This document shows, piece by piece, positions 23,967-33,082 of a DNA stretch of 64,000 nucleotides (within the stretch, counting starts at the first letter, position 1; each line of letters begins with the position of its first letter). The position numbers were made by a program, and so were the translations under genes. The DNA is from an uncultured Dehalococcoidia bacterium (GTDB lineage: Bacteria > Chloroflexota > Dehalococcoidia > UBA6926). The notes under the pieces were generated by a model. That model made no database searches, was not told the DNA's origin, and saw nothing but the letters and a program-made list of their open reading frames with translations. The DNA lies in assembly GCA_964653005.1 (NCBI GenBank), contig CAZZAN010000002.1:213975-277974 (forward strand), read 5' to 3'.

Positions 23967-24770
23967 ATGACTTTCGACAATATCTTCCGACGAACCCGCG
24001 TGCCGGCGGCACTGGTTCTTGTTCTGCTGGCCCTAGCGGTGGCGGTGTCTGCGGCGTGCGGGTCGGACAACGACAACGATGAACGAGATGACGACTATGG
24101 AGCCACGGTGGTCCTGGATCGGTCGACGGATGGAATCTGGGTGACAGGGGCGGGACGGGTGTCCGTGACGCCGGATATCGCCACGCTGCGAATCGGCGTG
24201 GAGACCAGTGACGAGACGGTGGGCGATGCGATGTCCGAGGCCGCGGCCTCCATGCAGGCAGTCGTCAACAGCCTGACGGCAGCGGGAATCGATGAGGACG
24301 ATATCCAAACGCTCACGTTCAATGTCTCGCCGCGCTATGAGTGGAATGACACGCTCCGCCGCAGCGAGATGGTGGGGTTCACGGTGACGAACACAGTTCG
24401 CGCGACGGTGCGGACTCTGGACACGATTGCAGATGTGATTGACGGCGCGGTGCAGGCCGGCGGGGACAACGCGCGAGTGGACGGGCTGTCATTCTCCGTG
24501 GACGACACGGAGGACGCCGAGCGCGAGGCGCGTGGGCTAGCAATGGAGGCGGCGCGAGAGCAGGCGGGGCAGTTGGCGTCGCTGGCGGGCGTGGAGTTGG
24601 GCAGCCCATTCTTTGTCTCGGAGTCCGGGGCCGCGCCGATTGGGCAGGATACACCTGAGATGATGCGGACTACTGCTATGTTCGCGGATGAGGAGGCGGC
24701 GTCCACGCTGATCCTCACGGGCGAGAGTGATGTTGTCATCTATGTACGTGTCGGGTACGGGATTGGGTGA
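23967..24770 (+). CDS. SIMPL/DUF541 family periplasmic lipoprotein
   Basis: Lipoprotein-like signal (LLALAVAVSAACGS). VTGAGRVSVTPDIATLRIGVE matches the SIMPL domain start. ATG 23967 avoids an extension across the family A repeat. Confidence 0.7.
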   Translation: MTFDNIFRRTRVPAALVLVLLALAVAVSAACGSDNDNDERDDDYGATVVLDRSTDGIWVTGAGRVSVTPDIATLRIGVETSDETVGDAMSEAAASMQAVVNSLTAAGIDEDDIQTLTFNVSPRYEWNDTLRRSEMVGFTVTNTVRATVRTLDTIADVIDGAVQAGGDNARVDGLSFSVDDTEDAEREARGLAMEAAREQAGQLASLAGVELGSPFFVSESGAAPIGQDTPEMMRTTAMFADEEAASTLILTGESDVVIYVRVGYGIG

Positions 24771-24771
24771 G

Positions 24772-24803
24772 GTTCACCCTTTGACAGGCTCAGGGTGAAC
24801 GGG
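24772..24803. repeat. hairpin repeat family A
   Basis: gttcaccct ttgacaggctc agggtgaac. Confidence 0.75.
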
Positions 24804-24893
24804 TAGCTGCCCTAAGGCTTAAGTTCGCGCTCTTGCCTTGTCTCAAGAAGAAGTAGGTTTGCCGCGTTCCGGCGCGCCTACCCGATGAGCCTA

Positions 24894-24921
24894 GATTCCT
24901 CGACTGCGCTCGGAATGACAA
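24894..24921. repeat. repeat family B (GATTCYTCGACTGCGCTCRGAATGACA)
   Basis: gattcctcgactgcgctcggaatgacaa. Same word at 29224 and 32910. Confidence 0.75.
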
Positions 24922-25015
24922 GTGGGGTGCTCAGCCTTTCGACAGAACGGGTGGGGCGTGTGGGATTTGCGCTATAGTGTTTGCACTGTAGTTGTATCTG
25001 GGGGAGGGGCCATCA

Positions 25016-25588
25016 ATGGTCCTCAATGACGGCGAAATCCACGCTGAGATCAAGAACGGCCGCATCATCATCGATCCCCTCGACCTTGGGGACGTGCAGC
25101 CGGCAAGCGTCGACGTGCATTTGAGCGACAAGGTTCTGGTCTTCCGGAACTCTCGCCGGCCCTACATCGACATCCGGCAGGATGTAAGCGATCTGACGGA
25201 GATGGTGGATATCCGCGATGACTCGCCGTTTATCCTGCACCCCGGCGAGTTCGTGCTGGGCAGCACGATCGAGGACATTGGCCTGCCGGACGACCTTGTG
25301 GCGCGGCTGGAGGGTAAGAGCTCTCTCGGGCGCATCGGCCTGCTGATCCACTCGACGGCTGGGTACGTGGACCCCGGCTGGCGCGGGCGTCTGACACTTG
25401 AACTCAGCAACGTGAATAATCTACCCATCACCCTGTACAGCGGAATGCCCATCGGCCAAATCTCATTTACTCGGCTGTCCGGGCCGGCGCAACGGCCCTA
25501 CGGCTCCGAGCGGCTCGGCAGCAAGTACCAGGGGCAATCTGAACCGACGCCGAGCCGGGCGTTCCGCGATTTCCAGGCCCCACAGTGA
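25016..25588 (+). CDS. dcd: dCTP deaminase
   Basis: LNDGEI...IIIDPL...VDVHL...[43 protein letters not shown] before ATG 25016. Confidence 0.9.
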   Translation: MVLNDGEIHAEIKNGRIIIDPLDLGDVQPASVDVHLSDKVLVFRNSRRPYIDIRQDVSDLTEMVDIRDDSPFILHPGEFVLGSTIEDIGLPDDLVARLEGKSSLGRIGLLIHSTAGYVDPGWRGRLTLELSNVNNLPITLYSGMPIGQISFTRLSGPAQRPYGSERLGSKYQGQSEPTPSRAFRDFQAPQ

Positions 25589-26703
25589 CAAACGGCTCCG
25601 CTACGCCCATGGCCCGCGCCCTGGAGCTGGGACAGCGGGCGCTGGGGTTTTCAAGTCCCAATCCCGCGGTTGGCGCAGTTATCGTGCGCGACGGGGAGAT
25701 CGTTGGAGAGGGTTTCACACAGCCGCCCGGCGGGCCGCACGCCGAAATCGTCGCGCTGCAACAGGCGGGAGAACGGGCGCGCGGCGCGACCATGTACACA
25801 ACCCTAGAGCCGTGTTCACACCACGGGCGGACGCCGCCATGCGCGGAGGCGATGATCGCAGCGGGGCTGGGGGCGGTCGAGATTGCAGTGCTGGATCCCC
25901 ACCCACCCGTGAACGGATCCGGTCGGCGGCTGTTGGAGGAGAACGGCATCACGACCCGCGTCGGTGATTGCGCAGAGGAAGCCACGCTGCACTTCCAGGG
26001 ATATTTCAAGCGCGAGGAAACGGGTATACCGCTCGTCATCGCCAAATACGCAATGAGCCTCGACGGCAAGATTGCAAGTCGGACGGGTGATTCACGGTGG
26101 ATTACGGGAGAGGCGGCGCGGGCGCGCGTCCACGAGTTGCGCTCACACGTCGACGCGATCATCACTGCGGCAGGGACAGTGATTTCTGATGACCCGCAGC
26201 TGACGGCTCGGGACACATCAGGCAATCCCCTGCCCAGTCAACCGCTGCGGGTCATCGCTGACAGCAACGGCCGCACACCACCAACGGCACGGCTGTTCAG
26301 CGAGCCGGGCAAGACATTGGTCGCGACGGCGTCCACGGCAGCGTGCGCGCCCTTCCAGGGCCTGGGGGACAACGTAACAACAGCAGCTTTCCCCGCAGAC
26401 CATGGCCGGGTGGATTTGACCACGCTCCTACAACACCTGGGGCATCTTGGCGCGGTGCAGGTGATGACGGAGGCCGGCGAGCAACTGCTCGGCGCGTTCT
26501 TCGATGAGGGACTCGTCGATCAGGCAGAGATTTCCGTCGCGCCAGTGGTCATTGGTGGAGGTGATGCGCCGGGGCCGGTAGGCGGCGATGGCGTGGAACT
26601 CGTGAGGAACGCGCATCGATTCGTGAGGACGGATGTTGACCGCGTCGGAGAGGATATCGTTGTGCGCGGCATCCTGCGGTATTGGGAGGGAGGAACGGAC
26701 TAG
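25585..26703 (+). CDS. ribD: bifunctional riboflavin biosynthesis deaminase/reductase
   Basis: [31 protein letters not shown], and a C-terminal reductase domain. GTG 25585 overlaps the dcd stop; an alternative ATG is at 25609. Confidence 0.9.
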   Translation: MTNGSATPMARALELGQRALGFSSPNPAVGAVIVRDGEIVGEGFTQPPGGPHAEIVALQQAGERARGATMYTTLEPCSHHGRTPPCAEAMIAAGLGAVEIAVLDPHPPVNGSGRRLLEENGITTRVGDCAEEATLHFQGYFKREETGIPLVIAKYAMSLDGKIASRTGDSRWITGEAARARVHELRSHVDAIITAAGTVISDDPQLTARDTSGNPLPSQPLRVIADSNGRTPPTARLFSEPGKTLVATASTAACAPFQGLGDNVTTAAFPADHGRVDLTTLLQHLGHLGAVQVMTEAGEQLLGAFFDEGLVDQAEISVAPVVIGGGDAPGPVGGDGVELVRNAHRFVRTDVDRVGEDIVVRGILRYWEGGTD

Positions 26704-26753
26704 CCACGCGGGCGTATAATCATGGGCATCCCGAAGGGATAGGTTGAGGAGAA

Positions 26754-27377
26754 ATGTTCACAGGGATCGTTGAAGAGGTGGGGCGGATTGTCGCCATCGG
26801 CGAGGGCGGCCTGATCGTCGAGGCCGACGTAACGTTGGGTGAAACACGCATCGGCGACAGCCTGTCCGTCAACGGGGCATGCCTGACAGTGACGGAGATG
26901 GCGGAGACGCGGGTGAGCTTCGACGTAATGCCGGAGACGCTGCGGCGAACGGCGATGAACGTGCTCAAGCCCGGCAGCCCCATCAACCTGGAACGCGCCG
27001 TCACGTTCAACAGCCGTCTCGGCGGCCACCTTGTGCAGGGGCACGTGGACGGCACGGGGACGGTGGCGGAAATCACTCCGGAGGCAGACGCGCGGCTAGT
27101 GCGGATATCCGCGCCGCCGGAAGTTATGCGCTACCTTGTCGAGAAGGCGTTCATCGCGGTGAACGGCATCAGCCTGACGATCATGGCCCTGGACGATGAA
27201 TCATTCACTGTGTCGCTGGTGCGGCACACGTATGAGAACACGGACCTGGGCGAGGCATATGTGGGGATGCCGGTCAATCTTGAGACGGATATCTTTGCCA
27301 AGTACGCGGAGAAGCTGCTGCAGGGGGACCGCGAGGGGATCACCGCCCTGAGCGGCGAGGTGGAGGCAAACAAATGA
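26754..27377 (+). CDS. ribE: riboflavin synthase alpha chain
   Basis: MFTGIVEEVG and duplicated lumazine-binding repeats (SLSVNGACLTV / FIAVNGISLTI). Confidence 0.9.
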   Translation: MFTGIVEEVGRIVAIGEGGLIVEADVTLGETRIGDSLSVNGACLTVTEMAETRVSFDVMPETLRRTAMNVLKPGSPINLERAVTFNSRLGGHLVQGHVDGTGTVAEITPEADARLVRISAPPEVMRYLVEKAFIAVNGISLTIMALDDESFTVSLVRHTYENTDLGEAYVGMPVNLETDIFAKYAEKLLQGDREGITALSGEVEANK

Positions 27378-28627
27378 GCATTATCGACGTCGAGGGCGCC
27401 GCTGCGCGGATGCGGCGAGGTGAATTTGTCATCATTGTCGACGATGCCGAACGGGAGAATGAGGGCGACCTGGCTATTGCCGCGGACATGGTGACGCCGG
27501 AGATGGTCAACTTCATGGTGACGCACGCCCGGGGCCTTGTCTGCGTGCCTCTCCTCGGCGAGCGGCTCGACGAACTGGGCATCCCCATGATGGCTCAGAA
27601 GAATACATCACCGCTTTCCACGGCATTCACAGAGTCCGTGGACGCCAAGGCGGGAGTGACGACAGGGATATCAGCAGGGGATCGCGCAGCGACGATCCGC
27701 GCGCTGGTGCATCCGGAGACGCGGTCAGGGGACCTGATGCGTCCCGGCCACATGTTCCCGCTCCGCTACAAAGACGGCGGCGTGCTTGTTCGGACAGGAC
27801 ACACGGAGGCGGTGATCGACCTCGCCCGCGCGGCGGGACTGTATCCGGCGGGCGTTATCTGCGAAATCATGAACGAGGACGGCACGATGGCGCGGATGCC
27901 TCAGTTGGAAGCGCTCTCAGCCAAGTGGGACATCCCCATCATCACTATCGCGCAAATCATCGAGTACCGGCGTCAACGGGAAACGATGGTGGAGCGCAAG
28001 GGCGTTGCGGACATGCCTACTCGGCACGGTGTTTTCCGCGCGTACGGGTACTCGAGCGCAATCGACGCAAAAGAGCACGTTGCGCTGGTAATGGGCGACA
28101 TCACTTCCGATAAGCCTGTACTGACACGGGTCCACAGTGAGTGTGTGACGGGCGACGTGTTCAGTTCCATGCGGTGCGACTGCGGCGAACAGCTTGACCT
28201 GGCATTGGAGCACATTGCCGCAGAGGGATCAGGCGTCTTCCTGTACATGCGGCAGGAGGGCCGCGGCGTGGGTCTGCACAACAAGCTGCGGGCGTATGCG
28301 CTGCAAGACACGGGGCTCGATACGGTTGAGGCCAACGTGCAGATGGGCTTCCCTCCGGATCTGCGGGATTATGGCATCGGGGCGCAGATCCTCGTGGATT
28401 TGGGAGTGCGGAAGCTCAAGCTGATGACGAATAACCCGCGCAAGGTTGTGGGGCTTGACGCGTTCGGCCTAGAGCTTGTGGAGCGTGTGCCGATCGAAGT
28501 GCAGCCGAACGACCACAATCGCCGCTACTTGCAGACGAAGCGCGACAAGATGGGTCATATCCTCACTGGAGTGGAGACCGTTCCCGAAGAAGACCAGTCC
28601 ACCGCGGACACAGAGCAGCAGTCCTAG
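27374..28627 (+). CDS. ribBA: bifunctional DHBP synthase / GTP cyclohydrolase II
   Basis: DDAERENEGDL and HTEA (RibB half). HSECVTGDVFSSMRCDCGEQL (RibA half). Confidence 0.9.
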   Translation: MSIIDVEGAAARMRRGEFVIIVDDAERENEGDLAIAADMVTPEMVNFMVTHARGLVCVPLLGERLDELGIPMMAQKNTSPLSTAFTESVDAKAGVTTGISAGDRAATIRALVHPETRSGDLMRPGHMFPLRYKDGGVLVRTGHTEAVIDLARAAGLYPAGVICEIMNEDGTMARMPQLEALSAKWDIPIITIAQIIEYRRQRETMVERKGVADMPTRHGVFRAYGYSSAIDAKEHVALVMGDITSDKPVLTRVHSECVTGDVFSSMRCDCGEQLDLALEHIAAEGSGVFLYMRQEGRGVGLHNKLRAYALQDTGLDTVEANVQMGFPPDLRDYGIGAQILVDLGVRKLKLMTNNPRKVVGLDAFGLELVERVPIEVQPNDHNRRYLQTKRDKMGHILTGVETVPEEDQSTADTEQQS

Positions 28628-28660
28628 TCAGCGGCCATTGTCGGGCGGAGAACATTCAAC

Positions 28661-29161
28661 GTGCCACCCAACATCATCGAGCCGCTCCCCTGGGATGAGG
28701 GGCGCGAGCCGGGCAGCGTACGCATCGGCATCGTCGTCGCCCGTTTCAATGACCTGATCACGAACCGGATGCTCGAGGGCGCGCTTTCGGCGCTGAGCGA
28801 GAATGGCGTGCCGGACGAGTCCATCGATCTGGCTTATGTGCCGGGATCGTTTGAGATTGGCGCGGCGGCGCAGGCGATGGCGGAATCGAATCGCTATGCG
28901 GCCGTCATCTGCATCGGCGCGGTGATCCGCGGCGAGACGGCTCATTTCGACTATGTGTCAATGGCCGTGACGCAGGCAGTGACGCGTGTTTCACTGGATA
29001 CAGGAGTACCCTGCCTGTTCGGCGTGCTAACAACGGATACGATGGAGCAGGCGCTGGCGCGCTCAGGAGGGCCGGGGAGCAACCGAGGCTACGACGCGGC
29101 AGTCGCCGCGCTGGAAATGGCCGGACTGATTACGCGAATAGAGTCAGCCGGGCAAGAGTAG
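28661..29161 (+). CDS. ribH: 6,7-dimethyl-8-ribityllumazine synthase
   Basis: IGIVVARFN, VPGSFEI, GAVIRGETAHFDYV. Confidence 0.9.
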   Translation: MPPNIIEPLPWDEGREPGSVRIGIVVARFNDLITNRMLEGALSALSENGVPDESIDLAYVPGSFEIGAAAQAMAESNRYAAVICIGAVIRGETAHFDYVSMAVTQAVTRVSLDTGVPCLFGVLTTDTMEQALARSGGPGSNRGYDAAVAALEMAGLITRIESAGQE

Positions 29162-29223
29162 ATCTCGTGTATGTGCGTGGCAGTAAGCCCAACCACGCAC
29201 TTGACCAACAGAACGCCCCTTGA

Positions 29224-29251
29224 GATTCTTCGCTGCGCTCAGAATGACAAG
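29224..29251. repeat. repeat family B
   Basis: gattcttcgctgcgctcagaatgacaag. Confidence 0.75.
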
Positions 29252-29281
29252 AGGCGTTCAGGCCGAGTCGCTTGACTGAGG

Positions 29282-29314
29282 AAAAGCGCGGCGCGCGGCC
29301 GATGCGCGCCGCGC
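29282..29314 (-). terminator. rho-independent terminator of hup
   Basis: Perfect 11-bp GC stem GCGCGGCGCGC / GCGCGCCGCGC with a 7-nt loop, followed on the minus strand by TTTT. It lies 8 nt after the hup stop. Confidence 0.7.
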
Positions 29315-29321
29315 CTTCAGA

Positions 29322-29627
29322 TTAGGCGCCGTTACTCTTGACGGCCTTGGCGAGCTCCGTGCCGGGGGAGAATCCAACCCGGTCATGCGCCGCCACCTTG
29401 GTGGGCTGTCCGGCATTGGGGCCGCGGAGGGGGCGCACGGTGCGCTCCTTGATCTGGCGAACCTCAAAGCTACCGAAACCCGTGATGACCACGCGATCGC
29501 CGCGTGTCAGGGATTCCTGAATGGCGCCAGTGACGGCATTCAGCGCGGCCTCACCATTCGACCGGGTTCCGCCCATGCGCTGCGCCACTATCCCGGCCAG
29601 GTCACCCTTGTGCAGAGTCTGCGTCAT
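29322..29627 (-). CDS. hup: HU-family DNA-binding protein
   Basis: KGDLAGIVAQ...ITGFGSFEVRQIKERTVRP...P, the typical HU/IHF fold signature. Confidence 0.9.
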   Translation of the reverse strand: MTQTLHKGDLAGIVAQRMGGTRSNGEAALNAVTGAIQESLTRGDRVVITGFGSFEVRQIKERTVRPLRGPNAGQPTKVAAHDRVGFSPGTELAKAVKSNGA

Positions 29628-30000
29628 AATGCACCTCCTATTTTGCGTGGCGGCCTACCCTCATCCACCACGCACCTCATAGTGTGTCGAGCGCCATACT
29701 ACCATAATGTCAAGCGGTCAACAAGCCCTTTTTCTGCGCCCCTACGCGGTAGCGTAACACGAAGTACGTGGGCACGCGCAATAGGAACGCGCATCGCGAG
29801 GGCTAGGGATTGAGAAGGTCAAGAGATTGACGTATTCGGCATAAGCGGGCTTTATGTGCGTTTTCATGCCGTCAGAACGCATATGCTCCGCAACATACAG
29901 GATTAATGGGGAGTTAATGCGACAGAGATGCTGCATTTTGATGTCTATGGCGTGAACTGGCGGCATAAAGGTTGTCAAGTTAGGGAAAAGGAGACACGAG

Positions 30001-30030
30001 GAGCCCTTCAGCAGGCTCAGGGTGACCGGG
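30001..30030. repeat. hairpin repeat family A (partial)
   Basis: cccttcagcaggctcagggtgaccgg. Confidence 0.6.
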
Positions 30031-30080
30031 AGTGTGCTCAAAGTGAGCGAGGATGATGTGGCCCTTGGAGGCGACGCGGT

Positions 30081-30107
30081 GGATTCCGGCCTTCGCCGGA
30101 ATGACGG
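30081..30107. repeat. hairpin repeat family C
   Basis: ggattccggccttcgccggaatgacgg, identical to 51769-51795. Confidence 0.8.
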
Positions 30108-30139
30108 GAGAGGCGCGGGGATGACGGATGAAGTTGGAA

Positions 30140-30163
30140 CCCTTCCCCATCAAGGGAGAAGGG
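30140..30163. repeat. hairpin repeat family D (CCCTTCCCC-loop-GGGAGRRGGG)
   Basis: cccttccccatcaagggagaaggg; compare 32996-33018. Confidence 0.6.
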
Positions 30164-30174
30164 ACTTAGGGAAA

Positions 30175-30513
30175 TTAGCCGGAGTTGTCCGAGGTTAGGC
30201 GGGTGTAGAACGGTGTCCAGAAGAGTGGGTGGACATACTCGAAGTTGACTTCCTCAGAGAGCTTGTCGTCCCCATCGTTGTCGCTGATGTAGACGGGACG
30301 ATCGTCAGGGTGGGCCTCAAGGGCATCGAGGAGGTTTTTCTTGCGATCGACGCTCAGGAACTCAGGAAAGCCGGCGTCTTTGGGCCGCAGCGGGGACGGA
30401 GAGACGATGACGACCTCGTGTCCCATACCTTCCAGGTCATGCAGGACGGACACGGGAATGGGTCCGTCACCGGTGTCGAGAGTTCCGTCAACATCGAAGC
30501 AAAGAAGTGCCAT
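30175..30513 (-). CDS. small HAD-superfamily-like protein
   Basis: N-terminal LLCFDVDGTLD (DxDGT motif). 112 aa. Confidence 0.5.
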   Translation of the reverse strand: MALLCFDVDGTLDTGDGPIPVSVLHDLEGMGHEVVIVSPSPLRPKDAGFPEFLSVDRKKNLLDALEAHPDDRPVYISDNDGDDKLSEEVNFEYVHPLFWTPFYTRLTSDNSG

Positions 30514-30663
30514 CTCTCAATTCTCTCCTGACTCGGCCACAGCGGAATGAACGCCCAGTGTGTCCCGGGTATCTACGTCTGCCGTCATCGTACCGTATCG
30601 ATAGACATTCCGCCGCGCGCGGTGTGTGGGCTATGCTTGCGACAGCTTGCGGCACAAGTAGCA

Positions 30664-31416
30664 ATGGAGGGCTGCAGCATCTTGTCCGTATCCAATGATT
30701 CGACACACAACGTAGATGCAGGGGCGGCGCGAGCCGGCTCACGGTGGTTCCTGGCCGTCGTGGCGGCGTTTATTGCGGCGCTTTTGACTTCAAACATCAT
30801 TGCGGTTCGGATTGTGACGTTGGGGGATGCGCCCGTCTTTGGGGAGCTCATCGTCACGTCGGCAATCGTCGTTTTTCCCCTGAGCTACATCGTTGGCGAC
30901 GTGCTGACGGAGGTGTACGGATACGCGGTCGCGCGGCGGGTCATCTGGGCCGGGTTCGGCGCGAATCTCGTGATGGTTATCGCGATCTATCTGGGCGGTA
31001 TGCTGCCCTCCGCCGCCGAGTGGGAACACCAGGATGCTTACGACACGATTCTCGGATTCACGGGGCGTCTGCTCGTGGCCTCGTTCATCGCATACGTAAT
31101 CGGCTCGTTCACGAATGCCATCATCCTGGCTCGACTGAAGGTGATGACGGAGGGACGGATGCTGTGGCTGCGGACAATCTCGTCAACGATCGGCGGGCAA
31201 GGGCTGGACTCGTTCTTCTTCACGTTCATTGCCTTCTTTGGCGTGTATTCGACCGGTGACGTGTGGCGAATCTTCTTCGTCGAGTGGTTCACGAAGGTGC
31301 TGTACGAGACCGTCGCCACGCCGCTCACCTATGCCGTTGTAACGTTCCTCAAGAAACAGGAGGGCATTGACGTGTACGACGAGCAGACGAATCTGAACCC
31401 GCTGGCCGTTCGTTAG
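30664..31416 (+). CDS. yhhQ: queuosine precursor transporter (YhhQ/DUF165 family)
   Basis: Multi-TM protein with FPLSYIVGDVLTEVYGY and LWLRTISSTIGGQGLDS. Start set at ATG 30664. Confidence 0.75.
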   Translation: MEGCSILSVSNDSTHNVDAGAARAGSRWFLAVVAAFIAALLTSNIIAVRIVTLGDAPVFGELIVTSAIVVFPLSYIVGDVLTEVYGYAVARRVIWAGFGANLVMVIAIYLGGMLPSAAEWEHQDAYDTILGFTGRLLVASFIAYVIGSFTNAIILARLKVMTEGRMLWLRTISSTIGGQGLDSFFFTFIAFFGVYSTGDVWRIFFVEWFTKVLYETVATPLTYAVVTFLKKQEGIDVYDEQTNLNPLAVR

Positions 31417-31495
31417 CGTGCCCTACTGCTCAAGCGTCTGTAGTTGTACACTGGACTGAATATAGTGAAGCTGGGTATTCCAGTGGGGGACGGTG

Positions 31496-32785
31496 ATGGC
31501 CTCGGAGTCTCTGAAAGTAACAGACAACCGGACCGGCAAAGAGTATGAATTGCCGATAACCGATGGGGCAGTCCGCGCAGCTGATCTGCGTCAGATCAAG
31601 ACCTCTGACGACGATTTTGGCCTTCTCAGCTACGATCCATCCCTGCTGAACACGGCGACCGTTCGCAGTTCAGTCACGTACATCGATGGCGAGGCAGGCA
31701 TCCTGCGGTATCGGGGATACCCGATTGAGCAGTTAGCGGAGTATTCAACATACCTGGAGGTTGTCTACCTGCTCCTAAACGGCGAGCTTCCCAACGCTGA
31801 CCAGCTGCTGGAGTTCGAGGAAGACGTCCGCTACCGCACGATGGTGCTTGAGACCGTGCGGGAGCAGATGGAGACCTATCGATATGACGCGCATCCGATG
31901 GGGATGCTGCTCGGGTCGATGGCCACGATGAGCACGTATTATCCGGCGGCCAGGGACGTCACGGACCCGGAGTCGCGCAAGATTCAGACGGTGCGCGCCA
32001 TCAGCAAGGTCGCGACCGTCGCCGCGTGGTGTTACCGCCACACGCTGAGCTATCCGTTCATCTATCCCGACAACGACCTGACGTATGCGGGCAATTTCCT
32101 GAACATGCTGTTCCGCATGGTGGAGCCCAAGTACGTGCCGAATCCCGCTATCGAGCGTGCCATCGACGTGCTGTTCATCCTGCACGCGGACCATGAGCAG
32201 AACGCGAGCGCGAACGCGATGCGAGCGATTGCGAGTTCGCAGGCGGATCCGTACTCGGCTCTTGCCGGAGCGATCGGCTCGCTGTCCGGGCCGCTGCATG
32301 GCGGGGCGAACGAGGCCGTCATCCGGATGCTTCAGTTCATCGGCAAAAAGGAAAACGTGCCGGAGTTCATCAAGAACGTGAAGGACGGTGTGAGCGGCCG
32401 TCTGATGGGGTTCGGGCATCGCGTCTACAAGAACTATGACCCGCGCGCCCGCATCATCAAGACGATGGCGGATAAAGTCTTCGAGGTGACGGGCGTCAAT
32501 CCGCTGCTGGAGATTGCGCTGGAGTTGGAGCGGATCGCGCTGGAGGACGATTTCTTCGTTTCCCGGCAGCTCTATCCGAACGTGGACTTCTACTCAGGGC
32601 TGATCTACCAGGCGATGGGGTTCCCGGTTGAAATGTTCCCCGTGCTGTTCGCCGTGCCGCGCACGTCCGGCTGGATGGCGCAGTGGAACGAGGGGGTGAC
32701 GGATCGGGAGCAGCGCATCGTACGTCCGCGGCAGATCTACGTGGGCGAGGGCGAGCGGGAGTACGTGCCGATCAACCAGCGGTAA
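31496..32785 (+). CDS. gltA: citrate synthase
   Basis: GILRYRGYPIEQLAE, LHADHEQNAS, GPLHGGANE, GFGHRVYKNYDPRA. Confidence 0.9.
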   Translation: MASESLKVTDNRTGKEYELPITDGAVRAADLRQIKTSDDDFGLLSYDPSLLNTATVRSSVTYIDGEAGILRYRGYPIEQLAEYSTYLEVVYLLLNGELPNADQLLEFEEDVRYRTMVLETVREQMETYRYDAHPMGMLLGSMATMSTYYPAARDVTDPESRKIQTVRAISKVATVAAWCYRHTLSYPFIYPDNDLTYAGNFLNMLFRMVEPKYVPNPAIERAIDVLFILHADHEQNASANAMRAIASSQADPYSALAGAIGSLSGPLHGGANEAVIRMLQFIGKKENVPEFIKNVKDGVSGRLMGFGHRVYKNYDPRARIIKTMADKVFEVTGVNPLLEIALELERIALEDDFFVSRQLYPNVDFYSGLIYQAMGFPVEMFPVLFAVPRTSGWMAQWNEGVTDREQRIVRPRQIYVGEGEREYVPINQR

Positions 32786-32802
32786 CTAACTGCGTTAGGG
32801 CT

Positions 32803-32885
32803 CTCGGTTCGCGGTAGCTGCGCTACGGCTCTCGGTTCGCGATCTGGCTTTGGTTCTTAAATGAGGCGATCCGCCGCGTTCCGGC
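32803..32885. repeat. short-word repeat family E (2x CTCGGTTCGCG, 1x CCGCGTTCCGGC)
   Basis: CTCGGTTCGCG at 32803 and 32831; CCGCGTTCCGGC at 32874. The same words recur at 24862, 51684, 51727 and 63009. Confidence 0.65.
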
Positions 32886-32909
32886 TTTGACTGCTACTGC
32901 CGCGTTTTA

Positions 32910-32937
32910 GATTCTTCGACTGCGCTCAGAATGACAG
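32910..32937. repeat. repeat family B
   Basis: gattcttcgactgcgctcagaatgacag. Confidence 0.75.
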
Positions 32938-32944
32938 GTGGACG

Positions 32945-32974
32945 CTCGCCCTTCGACAGGCTCAGGGTGAGTGG
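32945..32974. repeat. hairpin repeat family A
   Basis: ctcgcccttcgacaggctcagggtgagtgg. Confidence 0.75.
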
Positions 32975-32995
32975 ATGGGAACGCCCCCACCCTAG

Positions 32996-33018
32996 CCCTT
33001 CCCCTTGATGGGGAGGGG
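32996..33018. repeat. hairpin repeat family D
   Basis: cccttccccttgatggggagggg. Confidence 0.6.
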
Positions 33019-33023
33019 ATGCT

Positions 33024-33073
33024 GGATTCCCGTGTCAAGCACGGGAATGACGGAGGGGCGCTCGGAATGACGG
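33024..33073. repeat. hairpin repeat family C plus an extra GAATGACGG tail
   Basis: ggattcccgtgtcaagcacgggaatgacgg, then gcgctcggaatgacgg. Confidence 0.7.
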
Positions 33074-33082
33074 AGGGAATTG

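Noticed and set aside
24771-25015. FMN (RFN) riboswitch upstream of dcd/rib operon
   Set aside because: The region consists of repeat modules, and none of the conserved RFN strings was recognisable. This needs cmsearch to be definitive.
25467-26225. 252-aa minus-strand ORF
   Set aside because: Antisense shadow of ribD, which has unambiguous deaminase and reductase motifs.
30514-30663. preQ1 riboswitch upstream of yhhQ
   Set aside because: Only a 4-bp hairpin (CTTG-cggca-CAAG) before the RBS. No A-rich tail or conserved preQ1-I/II core recognisable.
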